DNA of 64,000 nt, taken from positions 67,518,001-67,582,000 of the forward strand of contig NC_043009.1 of NCBI RefSeq assembly GCF_006345805.1. The letters run 5' to 3'. This document shows, in pieces, positions 12,535 through 25,386 of the stretch (within the stretch, counting starts at the first letter, position 1; every line of letters starts with the position of its first letter). The notes beneath the pieces were generated by a model, which was not told the DNA's origin, did no database searches, and saw only the letters and a program-made list of their open reading frames with translations. This stretch comes from Octopus sinensis. Taxonomy: Eukaryota. The translations under genes and the position numbers were made by a program.

Positions 12535-12933
12535 AGGCGGCGAGCTGGCAGAAACGTTAGCACGCTGGGCGAGATGCTTAGCAGTATTTCGTCTGTCTTT
12601 ATGTTTTGATTTCAAATCCCGCCGAGGTCGACTTTGCCTTTCATCCTTTCGGGGTCGATTAAATAAGTACCAGTTACGCACTGGGGTCGATATAATTGAC
12701 TTAATCCGTTTGTCTGTCCTTGTTTGTCCTCTCTGTGTTTAGCCCCTTGTGGGTAGTAAAGAAATAGGTATTTCGTGTATCTTTACGTTCTGAGTTCAAA
12801 TTCCGCCGAGTTCGACTTTACCTTTCATCCTTTCCGGATCGATAAATTAAGTACCAGTTGCATACTGGGGTCGAACTAATTGACTGACCGCCCTCCTCCA
12901 AAAATTTTGGGCCTTGTGCCTAGAGTAGAAAAG
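12535..12933 (+). mobile_element. Full-length dimeric family A tRNA-derived SINE with 17-bp TSD
   Basis: TSD AATATGAAAGGTTTGAA at 12518-12534 and 12934-12950. The central GTCGACTTTGCCTTTCATCCTTTCGGGGTCGAT.AA.TAAGTACCAG occurs twice; from memory it resembles the MetaSINE conserved domain (unverified). Confidence 0.93.
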
Positions 12934-13433
12934 AATATGAAAGGTTTGAAGATGTTCTAAATTTACACAGAGAGACGTGTGTGTGTGTTTGTGTTTGCCT
13001 GAATTTTATAGGTTTTATTTAACATAGCAAGTAAATTTTATTATGTTATGTCTATATGTATAGGAAAATAAAAATACCAAAATGGTTTCACGTAATAAAT
13101 GTTTCCATATAACATTCTGAACTGTAAAAATTTTAGTTTATGTTTTCACATCATAAGTTTTACGCACAAAAAAAACAGAAGCGACCGAACCACACAGTAC
13201 TAAACGGTTTTTGTATAGAAAAAAGTTTTAGTATAAAAAAAAAGTTTTACTGAGTAAATTTTAATGTGTGCTGCAGCCAAAAGAGGTTTTCCAGCAGAAC
13301 AATAATCATATTTTACGACCTGCTTTCGCTGTCTTTCAACTGAAAAGAGTTTAAAGTATGTTTTTACGATGCATTTTTAGATAATGTGGGATAAATTTTA
13401 TATTGGCGTCTTGCTTACACACACCACACACAC

Positions 13434-13467
<34 letters not shown>

Positions 13468-13627
13468 AGGATATGCATAAAGACGGATACATATAAATGA
13501 ATACGTATCTAGTATTTTATCTATCTATCTATATATCTATATAATATGGTTTACATATATATATATATATATATATAGCGAGAGAGAGAGAGAAGAAGAG
13601 AGAGAGAGAGAGAGAGATAGATATAGA

Positions 13628-13689
<62 letters not shown>

Positions 13690-13798
13690 AATATATAAGA
13701 TACATATATATTCACATATATATAAGGATATGGACATAGACGTATACATATAAACGAATACGTATTAGTATTTTTATCTATCTATCTATCTATCTATC

Positions 13799-13853
<55 letters not shown>

Positions 13854-14320
13854 ACGAACAAACGACGATGTTTATATACTTTTTCGTTGTAGTCAAGAAA
13901 GTTGTATTAAAAGGAGGGAACAGAAATTCTTCGGATGATTATTACTGATCCCGCATCCACGGCTGAGAGTCAGTGTTTGCGACGAAATTTATAAATGTTG
14001 TATTTCTCTTAATCTTTCCTGTTACGTTTAACCTTTTAATCATTGAGTGAAATTCTGTAGAAACAAACCGTGAAATAGCTCGCCGAATGGGACGGCACCA
14101 GTGAGCCAAAGCTGCCTTTCTTGTCACTCGGAGACCAATTGATTCCGCCTGGAAATTATGGCTGGTGTATATCTGTCTGTGATACACCCAACCACTTTGT
14201 GTGTTAACTCACAGAATAGGTCACGTAGTTGAACGAATTGCACGACCATATTTCGAAATAGATGGAAGGGTTCACCATCATCTATGTGCACGCATGCATA
14301 ATTAAATATATTTAAAAAAT

Positions 14321-14409
14321 GTTTCGTGGGAGCCTAGGATACGACCATCTCATCAGATCTTTGAAGAGGCAGTCTGATGAGTTGGACATCACCTACGCTC
14401 TCACGAAAC
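14321..14409. repeat. 37-bp imperfect inverted repeat (15-nt loop); each arm reads CTGATGA..GAAAC outward
   Basis: Arms 14321-14357 and 14373-14409, 30/37 identical. Confidence 0.75.
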
Positions 14410-14704
14410 TTCAAGCCACGTGGGGCTGAGTCAAATTCTTATATAAATACTAATTATAACCAAACGTGTTGAATGCCTCCTACTATCTTTTGTTCATTCA
14501 CCCTATGTGTGTGAGTGTGCACGTGTGTGTGTGCACGTGTGTGTGTGCATGTGTGTGTGTGTGTGCACGTGTGTGTGTGTACATATATAAAGTATACGTT
14601 TATTTGTTGGTGTAGGTGTATATGTAAATATATATACAGAGAGAGGAAGAGAGAGTGAAATATTTAGATATACGTGTACATCACAGATACATGTGCACAC
14701 ACAT

Positions 14705-14735
<31 letters not shown>

Positions 14736-15041
14736 GGCGCAGGAGTGGCTGTGTGGTAAGTAGCGTGCTTACCGATGTTGCTACACATCGCTGGTCACAA
14801 TGTGCTTCGCATTGTTTTAGCCTTCGAGTGACGCCACCCCACTGGCTAAGTGAGCAGGCGAATAGAAGAAAGAGTGAGAGAGAGAGAGAGTTGTGGCGAA
14901 AGAATACAGCAGGGATCGCCACCACCCTCTGCCGGAGCCTCGTGCAGCTTTTAGGGGTTTTCACTCAATAAACACTCACAACGCCCGGTCTGGGAATCAA
15001 AACAGCGAATCTGCTGCTCTAACCACTGGGCCATTGCGCCT

Positions 15042-15078
<37 letters not shown>

Positions 15079-15332
15079 ACACACACATATATATATATAT
15101 ATATGTATATGTATATGTATATGTATGTATGTGTTTGTTCATCTCCCCCCGCCATCGCTTGACAACCGATGTTGGTGTGTTTACGTCCCTATGACATAGT
15201 GGTTCGGCAAAAGGAGTCGATATAATAAGTAATAAGCTTACAAAGAATAAGTACTGGGCTCGATTTGTTCAACTAAATGCGGTGCACCAGCATGGCTGCA
15301 GTCAAATGACTGAAACAAAAAACTAAAAGAAT
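14736..15332 (+). mobile_element. Family B SINE (head 14736-14773, tail ~15125-15332) interrupted by a family C SINE
   Basis: Head GGCGCAGGAGTGGCTGTGTGGTAAGTAGC; tail CATCGCTTGACAACCGATG..CAGCATGGCTGCAGTCAAATGACTGAAACA. Confidence 0.8.
14774..15045 (-). mobile_element. tRNA-derived SINE, family C
   Basis: Reverse complement starts GTGGAGGCGCAATGGCCCAGTGGTTAGAGCAGC (A box) and has a degenerate B box (GTTTTGATTCC). Confidence 0.8.
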
Positions 15333-16448
15333 ATATATATATATATATATATGCACACACCCATACATTATATACAACACACGCACTTGTTGATGTGTAT
15401 TTCTATGTATACATGCATATATGTGTGTGTGGTGTGTTTATACATATGTATATAAATGTATATATATTCACGTGTTTGTATATATATATATATATATGCG
15501 TGCCTATGCCAGTATGCGCATGGTCTTTTGAATTACATATGGAATACCTATGTACACAGGTAAACAAGGTGCTTCTGAGGGTATCGTCCTCCTGTCTCTC
15601 TTCCTTTCACTCGCAGGCTTTCGTACACAAACCTTTTTGTAAACATGTGTATGTACGTCTATCGTTCTCTGTACGGGTGTGTGTGTGCCTTGTACGTGCC
15701 TATGCATACCTGTGTCTTTTCACCTGTGGGAATATTATTGTATACATACACGCGTACATGCACACCCGAAGGCTGAACATTGTTAACCGATATAAACAAG
15801 CGAGGGGTGGTGACTCATTTCTGCAGTAAAGTAACTTGTACACATGAAACGCAGCTGTGTTTGTCGACAAGGCTGCACTCGTCAAAATCGATGCATTTTG
15901 GGTATTTTACGCGGGTGCACTGTAGTATTGTAGAAGGTAAGTTCTTTGCGATACAATCCCGCAACCCTGTTTCGATTCACGCTATAAGCAGTAGCAATCA
16001 TTGTGCTTTATTTGAAGTCATTTATTCCGTGGAATGAACACAATAGATACCACAATCTCGTTCAAATTTACTAAAAAGAAAATATTAGCCATCATTAGCG
16101 TGTAAATAGTTGTAGTATTGCGATGGTGTTGTTTGTTTTTATTGTTGTTAAGCCCTAGGAGGGGCCTAGTTGGGCAAACAAATGATTGAAGAGTTTTCCT
16201 CGGTCGTTAGCACGTTTCGTTGCATTTCTGCGTCCATGCTTGCTTATAGATAGTTGATTAACATTCGAGTGATGTTTATCTGTTATTTTAAGTAAATCGA
16301 CTAAGCACATATGACTACGAAAGCAAAATGAGGTCATATACGAACTCCCCCCCCCTCTCTCTCTCTCTCTCTCTCCGTATATGTGTATATATACATACAT
16401 ACATACATATATGCATACATACATACTACATACATACATACATACATC

Positions 16449-16512
<64 letters not shown>

Positions 16513-16578
16513 GCACAAGTGTGTTGTACTGAATAACATTTAGGATTAATGTAAAATCGCTATCACACACACACACAC

Positions 16579-16636
<58 letters not shown>

Positions 16637-17043
16637 TATATATATCTTTTGATTTTATTTCGATTTATAATAAAAATAATTTTACATTAAACTTCAGGCT
16701 TACTCAGTACTCTTTGTAAAGTACATATATCTTAACAAATATAGTAGTTATGACGGCTAAGAAGGTCGAAACTTCGGAGTCACTGCCAACAGTTTTCATT
16801 AAGGAATTATATGTATAAAAAATAGTTTTGGTAAGGTGGGAAAACCTCTAAGCCAAAATTATTAACTCATAGGTATGTGTATGTATGTATGTGTATGTAT
16901 GTATGTGTATGTGTATGTATGTATATAGATGCTTACACACACACATTGTTGCATCTATTCATTGTTTATGAAGTTGTTTACTTTCTCCATGCTTAGATAT
17001 AATGATCTATATTCTCTGAAAAAAATTGTATATACCTGAATCT

Positions 17044-17114
<71 letters not shown>

Positions 17115-17387
17115 CGTGCACCTGTCTGCCTGTCCGTCCGTTTATGTGTGAATAGACTATTTGCGCTTCTCCCTCATGAGAGAGTGTTTGGCGCTGTGTG
17201 TGTACGCAATATTGTTTATATCCTTCTGATAGTGTCGGGCCATCGCTGATGCACGTATAGGCATGTAGGGATAGGTTTGTATGTATATATATATGCACGT
17301 AATATATGGATGTATAAATTTTGCATACATACACATTTATACACATGTATATGCGTGCCTATACATTTTCATATCTATCTATCATTA

Positions 17388-17426
<39 letters not shown>

Positions 17427-18044
17427 GTGCGTGTGTGTATGTATATATATTATGCATATAGATATGCATGACGGTACATACACATACATACAAACACTTA
17501 CACGCACACACACTGACAAATACAAGCACATAAAAATGCACCCATAATTATGTGTGTGATGCGTGTGTGTGTGTGTGTGTGTGAGTGTGTGTGTTCGTTT
17601 AGTTAAGAGGAAATGGTGACCAACCTCGAATGCTTGTAAGAAAGTGGACTTTGCTAAATGCTCGCCAACCTAACCCGACAGAATGTGACAAACTTAAACC
17701 AGTTAACGTATTAGGCATATTACCAAACAGACAAGTCAGCAGAAATGCTATGCTGATGACGCCGCTTGAGACAGAAACATAACTGGTCATTTGTTTTCTT
17801 AAATGTCTCTTACGGCTAGAAAAAATTAAATTCTGGAGATTACCTCCCTTCTCAGAACTGCTTTCAAATGGAGATATTTTTAATAATTCAAGAATTTAAC
17901 TTATATACTACATAATATATATTTATTTGTCTTAGATGTGTGTGTATGTGTCTGTGTGTCTGTGTGTGTATGTAGCATAAGTATGTACATGCATGCATAC
18001 ATATATGTATGTATGTGTGTGTATATATATATATATATATAATT

Positions 18045-18426
18045 ATTTTTTACTTGTTTCAGTCATTTGATGCGGCCATGCTGGAGCACCGCCTTTAATC
18101 GAGCAAATCGACCCCAGGACTTATTCTTTGTAAGCCTAGTACTTATTCTATCGTTCTCTATTGCCGAACCGCTAAGTTACGGAGACGTAAACACACCAGC
18201 GATGTCAAGCGATGGCAGGGGGGGACAAACACAGACGCAAACATATTCACACACATGCATATGCATATATACGACGGGCTTCTTTCAGTTTCCGTCTACC
18301 AAATCCACTCACAAGGCTTTGATTGCCCCGAGGCTATTATAGAATACACTTTCCCAAGGTGCTACGCTGTGGGACTGAACCCGGGACCACGTGGATGGTA
18401 AGCAAGATACTTACCACACAGCCAAT
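18045..18426 (-). mobile_element. Near full-length family B SINE
   Basis: Reverse complement has tRNA head (TGGCTGTGTGGTAAG..GGTTCAGTCCC), CORE-like CACCTTGGGAAAGTG and the common GCTCCAGCATGGCCGC tail. Confidence 0.9.
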
Positions 18427-19177
18427 TAATAACGACAATAATCCTCGGATGGAACTTACGAATATTTAATGCATCGCTACGCGCGTTTCCACAAATCACA
18501 TGTTTCTTAAAAGGTCACATTCCATGTCCCTGAGATGTTTACAGTGTAGTGTATTTTTATACTAGCGCTAACACTCTATCTTAAAAATAACTTTGTGGCA
18601 TATATATGCCGTTTACACCGACCTCAAATTGTCGGTCGTCTGCTACATGTCCATAGCCAGAATATACATAGCACTGCTTGAGTTTTATTCCTTTACCGCA
18701 TTTTTGCAACATTAAGCTTCCATTTTTCCCAAATACATTCGCTACTGTTTCGGATTCATCAATTTCTTTTCGTTTTGAAAGAGTCTCCGTATCTTTTATG
18801 AGTCACTTTAAAGGAGGCACAGCAGTAATCTTGTCTGTTCTGTTCCTTGCATCTTTTGATGCTTCTTCTGGATTGTAAAGCTTCTATTCAATTTATTTGT
18901 CTGTCATTTTCTTGGCTTCTTTTTTTATCTCTGATAATCAAACTGGTGTTCGTGCTGTTGCCTTAGCCATTTCTCGTTTGGAATTTTGTCGGTTTTGTTG
19001 TCTTTGATGCGGATTGCCTGTCTGCAGTACGTTGTCCCTCATCACCAAGTTGTCTGGCTGCAGTCTCCCAATTTTACCGTTTTTAGACTATTGTTTTTTA
19101 CTACTCTTTCACACACACTCACAGGAACTTTCTCGCACATTTTTTCTCATTTCCTCCCCGTCACTTTCTCTCTCACT

Positions 19178-19221
<44 letters not shown>

Positions 19222-19436
19222 CCTCTCTCTTTCTCTCTCTCTCTCTCTCTTTCTCACTCTCTCTTTCTCACTCTCTCTTTTCTTTATCTGAATCGTCTCT
19301 ACAAAAGTGTTTTAGGCGCTCCATCTTTTCTGTTACCGACCGGAAGTGAAAATGAAACAACTTCCTCTTTATAGAGTTAAAAAGTGAAATTTAGAAAATA
19401 GAAGACTTTAACAGAAATTAGAGAACTGGAACATTG

Positions 19437-19491
<55 letters not shown>

Positions 19492-19884
19492 CACCGACGT
19501 GGCATTTTTGAGAAACCCATGTGTATTTATGAAAAATTTATAAACAAATACCCACGTTCGTTCGTCCAGAATTAATGAAAGATAGAAGGATATATGTCTT
19601 TCATTAATTTCACTCTCTCTCTCTCTCTCACCCATATATATATATGTATATATATATATATATGAGAAAGAGAGAGAAAAGATAACTATATACACACGCA
19701 TATTTATGTATATGCACACACACATATATTAGTGAAATTTAAGTATTATTAAGCCTTTGTCTCAAGTAAGAATATGAACATGGGTTCTCTTGACACACTG
19801 CTTCGAATTTTGCCGACACTCCTCAGAGTTAAATCCTGCAACAATCAACGGAATAGCTCAGATTGTTTACAAAGCAATCGCCTA

Positions 19885-20135
19885 TTAAGCCAGTGCCGTG
19901 GTGGATAATTTCGTAAACGGAATTTTGTGAAAGCCCGTTGTATATGTGTGTATATATACGGTGTGCTTTGTGTTTGCTCTCCTTACCACTTTCGAAACGG
20001 TGTTGGTTTGTTTATGACTTTGCGGTTCGACAACGGTGATGATAGAATCAGTACTAGATTTAAAATGGAAACTGGGGTCGATTTGTTCACTCAAACTGTT
20101 CCAGGCGATGCTGAGCATGGCTGTAGTCCAATTAC
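19885..20135 (+). mobile_element. Old, 5'-truncated family B SINE
   Basis: Degenerate AAGCCCGTTGTATATG..GGTGTTGGTTTGTTTA..GGGGTCGATTTGTTC..GCATGGCTGTAGTCCAA. Confidence 0.6.
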
Positions 20136-20161
20136 GCATATGTATATTTTATGCATTCATG

Positions 20162-20192
<31 letters not shown>

Positions 20193-20398
20193 GTATATAT
20201 AATAAATATTAGGGAATAAATCCAAATTTACAGGGAAAAAATCAGATTTAGGATTAAATCCAATTTTATAGTAAAATATTATAAAATATTATTTTTTGAC
20301 TATTTATTAAAATTTTATGTATTGATTAAGTCTTTCCTTGTTTGTTTTGCAAAATAGTGGTTTTGTCTCTAATAATATTTTATATTATATATATATCT

Positions 20399-20433
<35 letters not shown>

Positions 20434-20457
20434 CTTATATATATTTTTATTATGTAT

Positions 20458-21045
20458 GTGTACACTATAAAGTATATACATAATATATTTACATACATAT
20501 ATGTACAGGTATACTTACAATATATATGTATACATGCGTGTGTGTTTACCTGTGTATAAATATATATTTATATGTATATATGTATATATATATATGTATA
20601 TATATGTGTATATGTATATATATATATTATATGTATGTGTATATAATATACATACATATTATGTATTATGTATGTATATATATGTGTGTATGTGTGTGTG
20701 TATGTATACATATATAATATATATATATATATATTATATATATATATATAATAATATATATATATGTAGTGTACAATCTAAATGTATATACATATATATA
20801 TTTACATACATATATGTACAGGTATACTTACATATATATATGTATACATGCGTGTGTGTTTACCTGTGTATAAATATATATTTATATGTATATATGTATA
20901 TATATATATGTATATATATGTGTATATGTATATATATATATTATATGTATGTGTATATATATATACATACATATTATGTATTATGTATGTATATATATGT
21001 GTGTATGTGTGTGTGTATGTATACATATATATATATATATATACA
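20458..21045. repeat. ~313-bp tandem duplication of low-complexity AT-rich DNA
   Basis: ACAGGTATACTTACA at 20505 and 20818, with near-identical downstream ~230 bp. Confidence 0.85.
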
Positions 21046-21811
21046 TATATATTTATATATATATATACTTATATATATCATGACATTGTCCCCACGCTAA
21101 ATATTTGATATATCTAAATATACAGAGATAAATATATGCACCTTCGCACTCACTCGCTCTCACATAGAAATGCGTGTGTATGTCTGACGCAATTCATAAT
21201 CGAGGCCTCACACGTTCTTCTTTGTTTTGTACACTTGCATCCTCTTCCACACAGACATGCGTCTTACAAGTACGTGAGTGCGTGTGCAGGTCTGTGTGCC
21301 TCCGCGCTCTGCCGTGCCTATTCCTAAGAATATAACACGCACACACAGACACATCGAGTGAAGTCCCTCTACCGTTATACCACTACACCGTATACACTGG
21401 CAACAAGGCGCTTCTGACGGCATCATGTGTGTATCATCTTGTTTCTCCTCATAACTCTGCTTTCGAATTTCAGCTTCTGTAAGGAGATATTTACTGAACT
21501 GACACTATCTCTGTCTCCCTTTAGGGGGTACATGATTTTTTGATCGGATTTTATTGGGTGCCACACAATATATTTGCTATTTGACTAAGGTTCACTACAC
21601 AGTATAATTTGGCGTACTTCTTTCTCTCTCCACATCTCGCTCTCTCTTATCCCTCTTACTCCCTCTCCCTCTATCTTCCTCTGTTTTCCTTTTGCGCCTC
21701 TCGTTTTATGTACATATGTCTGTGTACACCTTTAATTATGCCAGTATACCCTGGATGTAAGTACATATATACGAGTATATATAATAGATTATAGATAGAT
21801 ATAGATATATA

Positions 21812-21864
<53 letters not shown>

Positions 21865-22104
21865 GTATGTTATAATATATAGAATATAGAGATATATATA
21901 TTCATATACACATATATATACATATATATATAACTGTATAATATATAAACATATATATACATATATAAATACCTATATATATATAACTGTATGATATATA
22001 TACATATATATCTATGTATATATATATGATGTGTTTACACACACACACATATATATGTGTGCATGCATGTATGTATGCATGTATGTATGTATGATGTATG
22101 TGAT

Positions 22105-22320
22105 CGTGATCGTAATGTCGATTTCCAGACTGGGTAGATCGTCGTGTTATTGAGTGAAACACTACATCTTACAGTGTTCCTGTCCACTCAGCTGCAAATG
22201 AGCAGCGCTCCCAGTGACTAGCGTCCCGTCCTGGAGGTGTGTTGTGATATCAGTCACTTACACGCCATGGAAACCTGATAGCCTGCTCTATGAGTAACAG
22301 GACTCCAGACAGCACTTATA
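22105..22320 (+). mobile_element. Degenerate SINE with CORE-like and V-domain-like segments
   Basis: GTGACTAGCGTCCCGTCCTGGAGGTGT..CACGCCATGGAAACC resembles (from memory) the V-SINE central domain. Confidence 0.45.
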
Positions 22321-22335
22321 TATATATATATACAG

Positions 22336-22690
22336 CCATCATTGGGCCTAAGACACAATATCACAATACTCAGAACTTTTGCACATCGTCCAATCTTACA
22401 TATTGTAAGAAATACAAACACCACGGCACCATTTACATTGAGGGAACAAGCCGACGCGTTGCTGATCGCTTTCACGAATACATACGCAGCATACTATTTT
22501 ATATCCCAGTCCTACCTATTTCCATCCATTTCCACACTGAAGGCCATTTCTTCTCTCATTTAACTGTGTGTGGCACAGTGCCACACCATGGATCCACGTC
22601 TTCTGAGGAACAGATGGATCATCATTTCGTACTTGAACATGGCACCATGTCACCGACAGCTTTAAATGAACGTTTTACCTTCTGCTCCGA
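22336..22690 (+). mobile_element. 5'-truncated fossil Penelope-like element: GIY-YIG endonuclease C-terminus (Neptune-like)
   Basis: FCTSSNLTYC..IYIEGTSRRVADRFHEY..PISIHFHTEGH..EHGTMSPTALNERFTF matches the PLE pattern CTSSNxIYC..YIGET.R.L..RF.EH..HF...H..LGT..P.GLN. Confidence 0.82.
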
Positions 22691-22980
22691 CACATCCACT
22701 TTCTTCTTTGAACCTTTCTTATTCCTCAACTCTTCCTCTCACTCATCTTTTCCCTTCCCTCACTCTCCACTTTGCCTGCTTCTCCTCTTTCCATTATTCT
22801 TTCCTTCTAATTCTTTCCCACTGTTTCTCCAACCATTTCTTTCTTTCACATATGAAGCTCACGTGATCTCGTGTTCCTCATCGGTTGCAGCCAGTCTTTC
22901 TAAGAGGATCTATTAATCTGCTGTTTCTTATTGATTAGTTTCCTTTCAACTTTTCCGTGAAGAAACACTCTTTACAAAAC

Positions 22981-23111
22981 ATTATTTACATTATTTACAT
23001 TTGTTACTATTTGACGAATAATTTGTCCTCATCTTGATGAGGATAAATATCTGTCAAATGTAAATAGTGTAAATAATGTACATAATTCTTCATCTCCTGA
23101 ATATAGAACTG
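22981..23111. mobile_element. Collapsed hairpin remnant of the hammerhead-SINE family G (tails only)
   Basis: TTTGACGAATAATTTGTCCTCATC-TT-GATGAGGATAAATATCTGTCAAA followed by the complete family tail ..AATATAGAACTG. Confidence 0.8.
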
Positions 23112-23210
23112 CATTATCTTTTCAAAACGTTGGATCATTTCACTCCTAAGAAGTTCATTGTACTCTTTATATCGATTTTGTTACATAGTTACAGGGTATA
23201 AGGTTTGTAA

Positions 23211-23262
23211 TACCAAAGCCTTGTGAGTGGATTTGGTAGACGGAAACTGAAAGAAGCCCATC

Positions 23263-23341
<79 letters not shown>

Positions 23342-23378
23342 TCCCCCACCATCGCTTGACAACCGATGTTGGTATGTT
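23211..23378 (+). mobile_element. Internal fragment of a family B SINE
   Basis: CCAAAGCCTTGTGAGTGGATTTGGTAGACGGAAACTGAAAGAAGCCC..CATCGCTTGACAACCGATG. Confidence 0.85.
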
Positions 23379-24091
23379 TGAAAAGGTATAAATTCTTTCC
23401 AATCAGACTTGGCTAAGAAAATATTTTAATATGTAAGTATTTCTTTTATCATTAGTACACATCTAAAATAAACGTAAAACAAAACACGTGTTACAAACAG
23501 AAAAGACACATTCTTGATGATGAGTAACTCTCAGGACCAAAATACGTTCCTAATGATGTAGAAATCGTCTTGAATTCTGCAAAAACATGAATCGTAGAAC
23601 AGAAGCCAACATCCTAATCTAGAGAATAATATTGCCTGGAAAAATTTATAACATGGAATTTAGGGAAATTTCTATTCCAAAGAAACGGCGAAGTTTGATA
23701 CGGAAATCAAAAACAACCTAAAATTTTAAAATTGGAGTATAGTCGTATTTTTATTATAACACATACATACGTGTGTATGTATGTATGTATGTATATATGT
23801 ATGTATGTACGTATGTATGGATGTATGTATGTACGTATGTATGTATTTATGTATGTATGTATGTATGTATGTATGTGCGTGTATGTATGTGTGTGTATCT
23901 GTATATGTATATATCTATGCACGTATATGTATGTATATGTCTGTGTGACTATGTGCTTGTGTATTAAACAGTGAAACGTGATCATCGTCTGCTAGTGTGC
24001 AGTTTCACCTGCAGAATTTTTCAAATGGTCTGCTGTTCATACGTCATCATCTATAAAAAGCGCAAAATTGTGTGTCATATGCGCATATTTA

Positions 24092-24400
24092 CAAGACTCC
24101 GCCGGTTACGACGACGAGGGTCCCAGCTGATACGATCACGGACCTTGCTCGTGAAATTAACGTGCAAATGGCTGAGCATTCCACAGACCGTGTACCCTTA
24201 ACGTAGTTCTCGGGGATAATCAGCGTGACAACATGACAAGGCTGACCCTTTGAATACAGTACAACTCATTTTTGCCAGCTGAGTGGACTGGAGCAACGTG
24301 AAATAAAGTGTCTTGCTCAAGACCAACGCGTCGCCGGGAATCGAACTCACAACCTTACGATCATAGCCGAATGCCCTAACCACTAAGCCACGCGCCCTCA
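24092..24400 (-). mobile_element. tRNA-derived CORE-type SINE, family F
   Basis: Reverse complement has head GGCGCGTGGCTTAGTGGTTAGGGC..GAGTTCGATTCC and CORE-like CTTGAGCAAGACACTTTATTTCAC; matches 58088-58412. Confidence 0.88.
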
Positions 24401-25339
24401 CTCCATATTTACAAGGGGTGTCTTCCATTATATGAAGTATGTGAATATTATTCATGTTTTAATATTAGCTATTGAAAAGAAATTTGTTTTGTTCTTTCGT
24501 CCGTCAATCCTACATTTGATTATTAACAAATTTGGATTTATATTTATTTTATGTACATATTTTAACAAAATTTCCCCCTACACTCTAACATTATTAGATT
24601 TAAATTCATATACATTATACAAGAATCTATCAGTCTAGAAATAGTCAGAAGATACCCTCCTTTTAGATTTATACAGTACATGAAACAAAATTTTGTTTTA
24701 ACGATAGCGACATATAAATAGATCCTCGAGTACCGCTACTGGTGAAACAGTACAGTAATGGATGATTAAGTATACTGTTTAATACACAGATATTCACTCT
24801 ACAATATTTTTGTTTGAACTGAGTTCTCTCAGTGTGTTTTTTTTTAATATGTTATAACAGTCTGGTCATCATCACGTTCGTTTTGTTGGAATGATGATGA
24901 CCATCTCGTCAGTCTTAAGAATGATTCGTTGCTTGCTCAAAAGCGAATATTTGCGCACTGTCAATCCCATTCTCTCGTCTGTGATCATCATCAATTTAGT
25001 GACAAAACAAAATCGAGACGACTGAATGAATGCGGGTGCGGTTGATGACTAAGACGTCTTACTTGCTTCGTCTTGCTCTCTGACCTCCTCAATGCTTCGC
25101 AACAGCTAGCGTCCCAAGAATTCTTCTCCAGTTAAGTCCGCTTAATCCAATTTGTTCAATCACTCATGGCTGGGGCTCTGACAGATGTCACCACTCTGGG
25201 TACAATAGTGGCTATGAGGAGGTTCCACATCCTTGGAAATCATGGAACCCTCGAACCTGTGCCTCATTACCGGATGCGGTTTAACGTCCCACCGAGGACC
25301 GGCTGGGAAACATTACAGCACGAACGTACATACTTCCAA

Positions 25340-25381
<42 letters not shown>

Positions 25382-25386
<5 letters not shown>

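Noticed and set aside
14374-14432. C/D-box snoRNA (TGATGA..CTGA) or 5S rRNA fragment
   Set aside because: No terminal stem for a snoRNA; the 5S similarity is limited to a short patchy stretch.
16747-16775. GTTATGAC-GGCT-AAGAA-GGTC-GAAAC hammerhead-like motif
   Set aside because: Two core positions are wrong and there is no helix I; at best a decayed relic that cannot be supported from one copy.
17753-17790. CTGATGA..GAAACATA hammerhead-like motif
   Set aside because: Neither helix I nor helix II can be formed convincingly.
18700-19060. Charged, coding-like minus-strand stretch (also ~32990-33230)
   Set aside because: Multiple stops and no identifiable motif; possibly old LINE ORF1 debris but unsupported.
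20458-21045. 313-bp tandem duplication as a functional unit
   Set aside because: Entirely low-complexity; a recent duplication or mis-assembly with no evidence of function.
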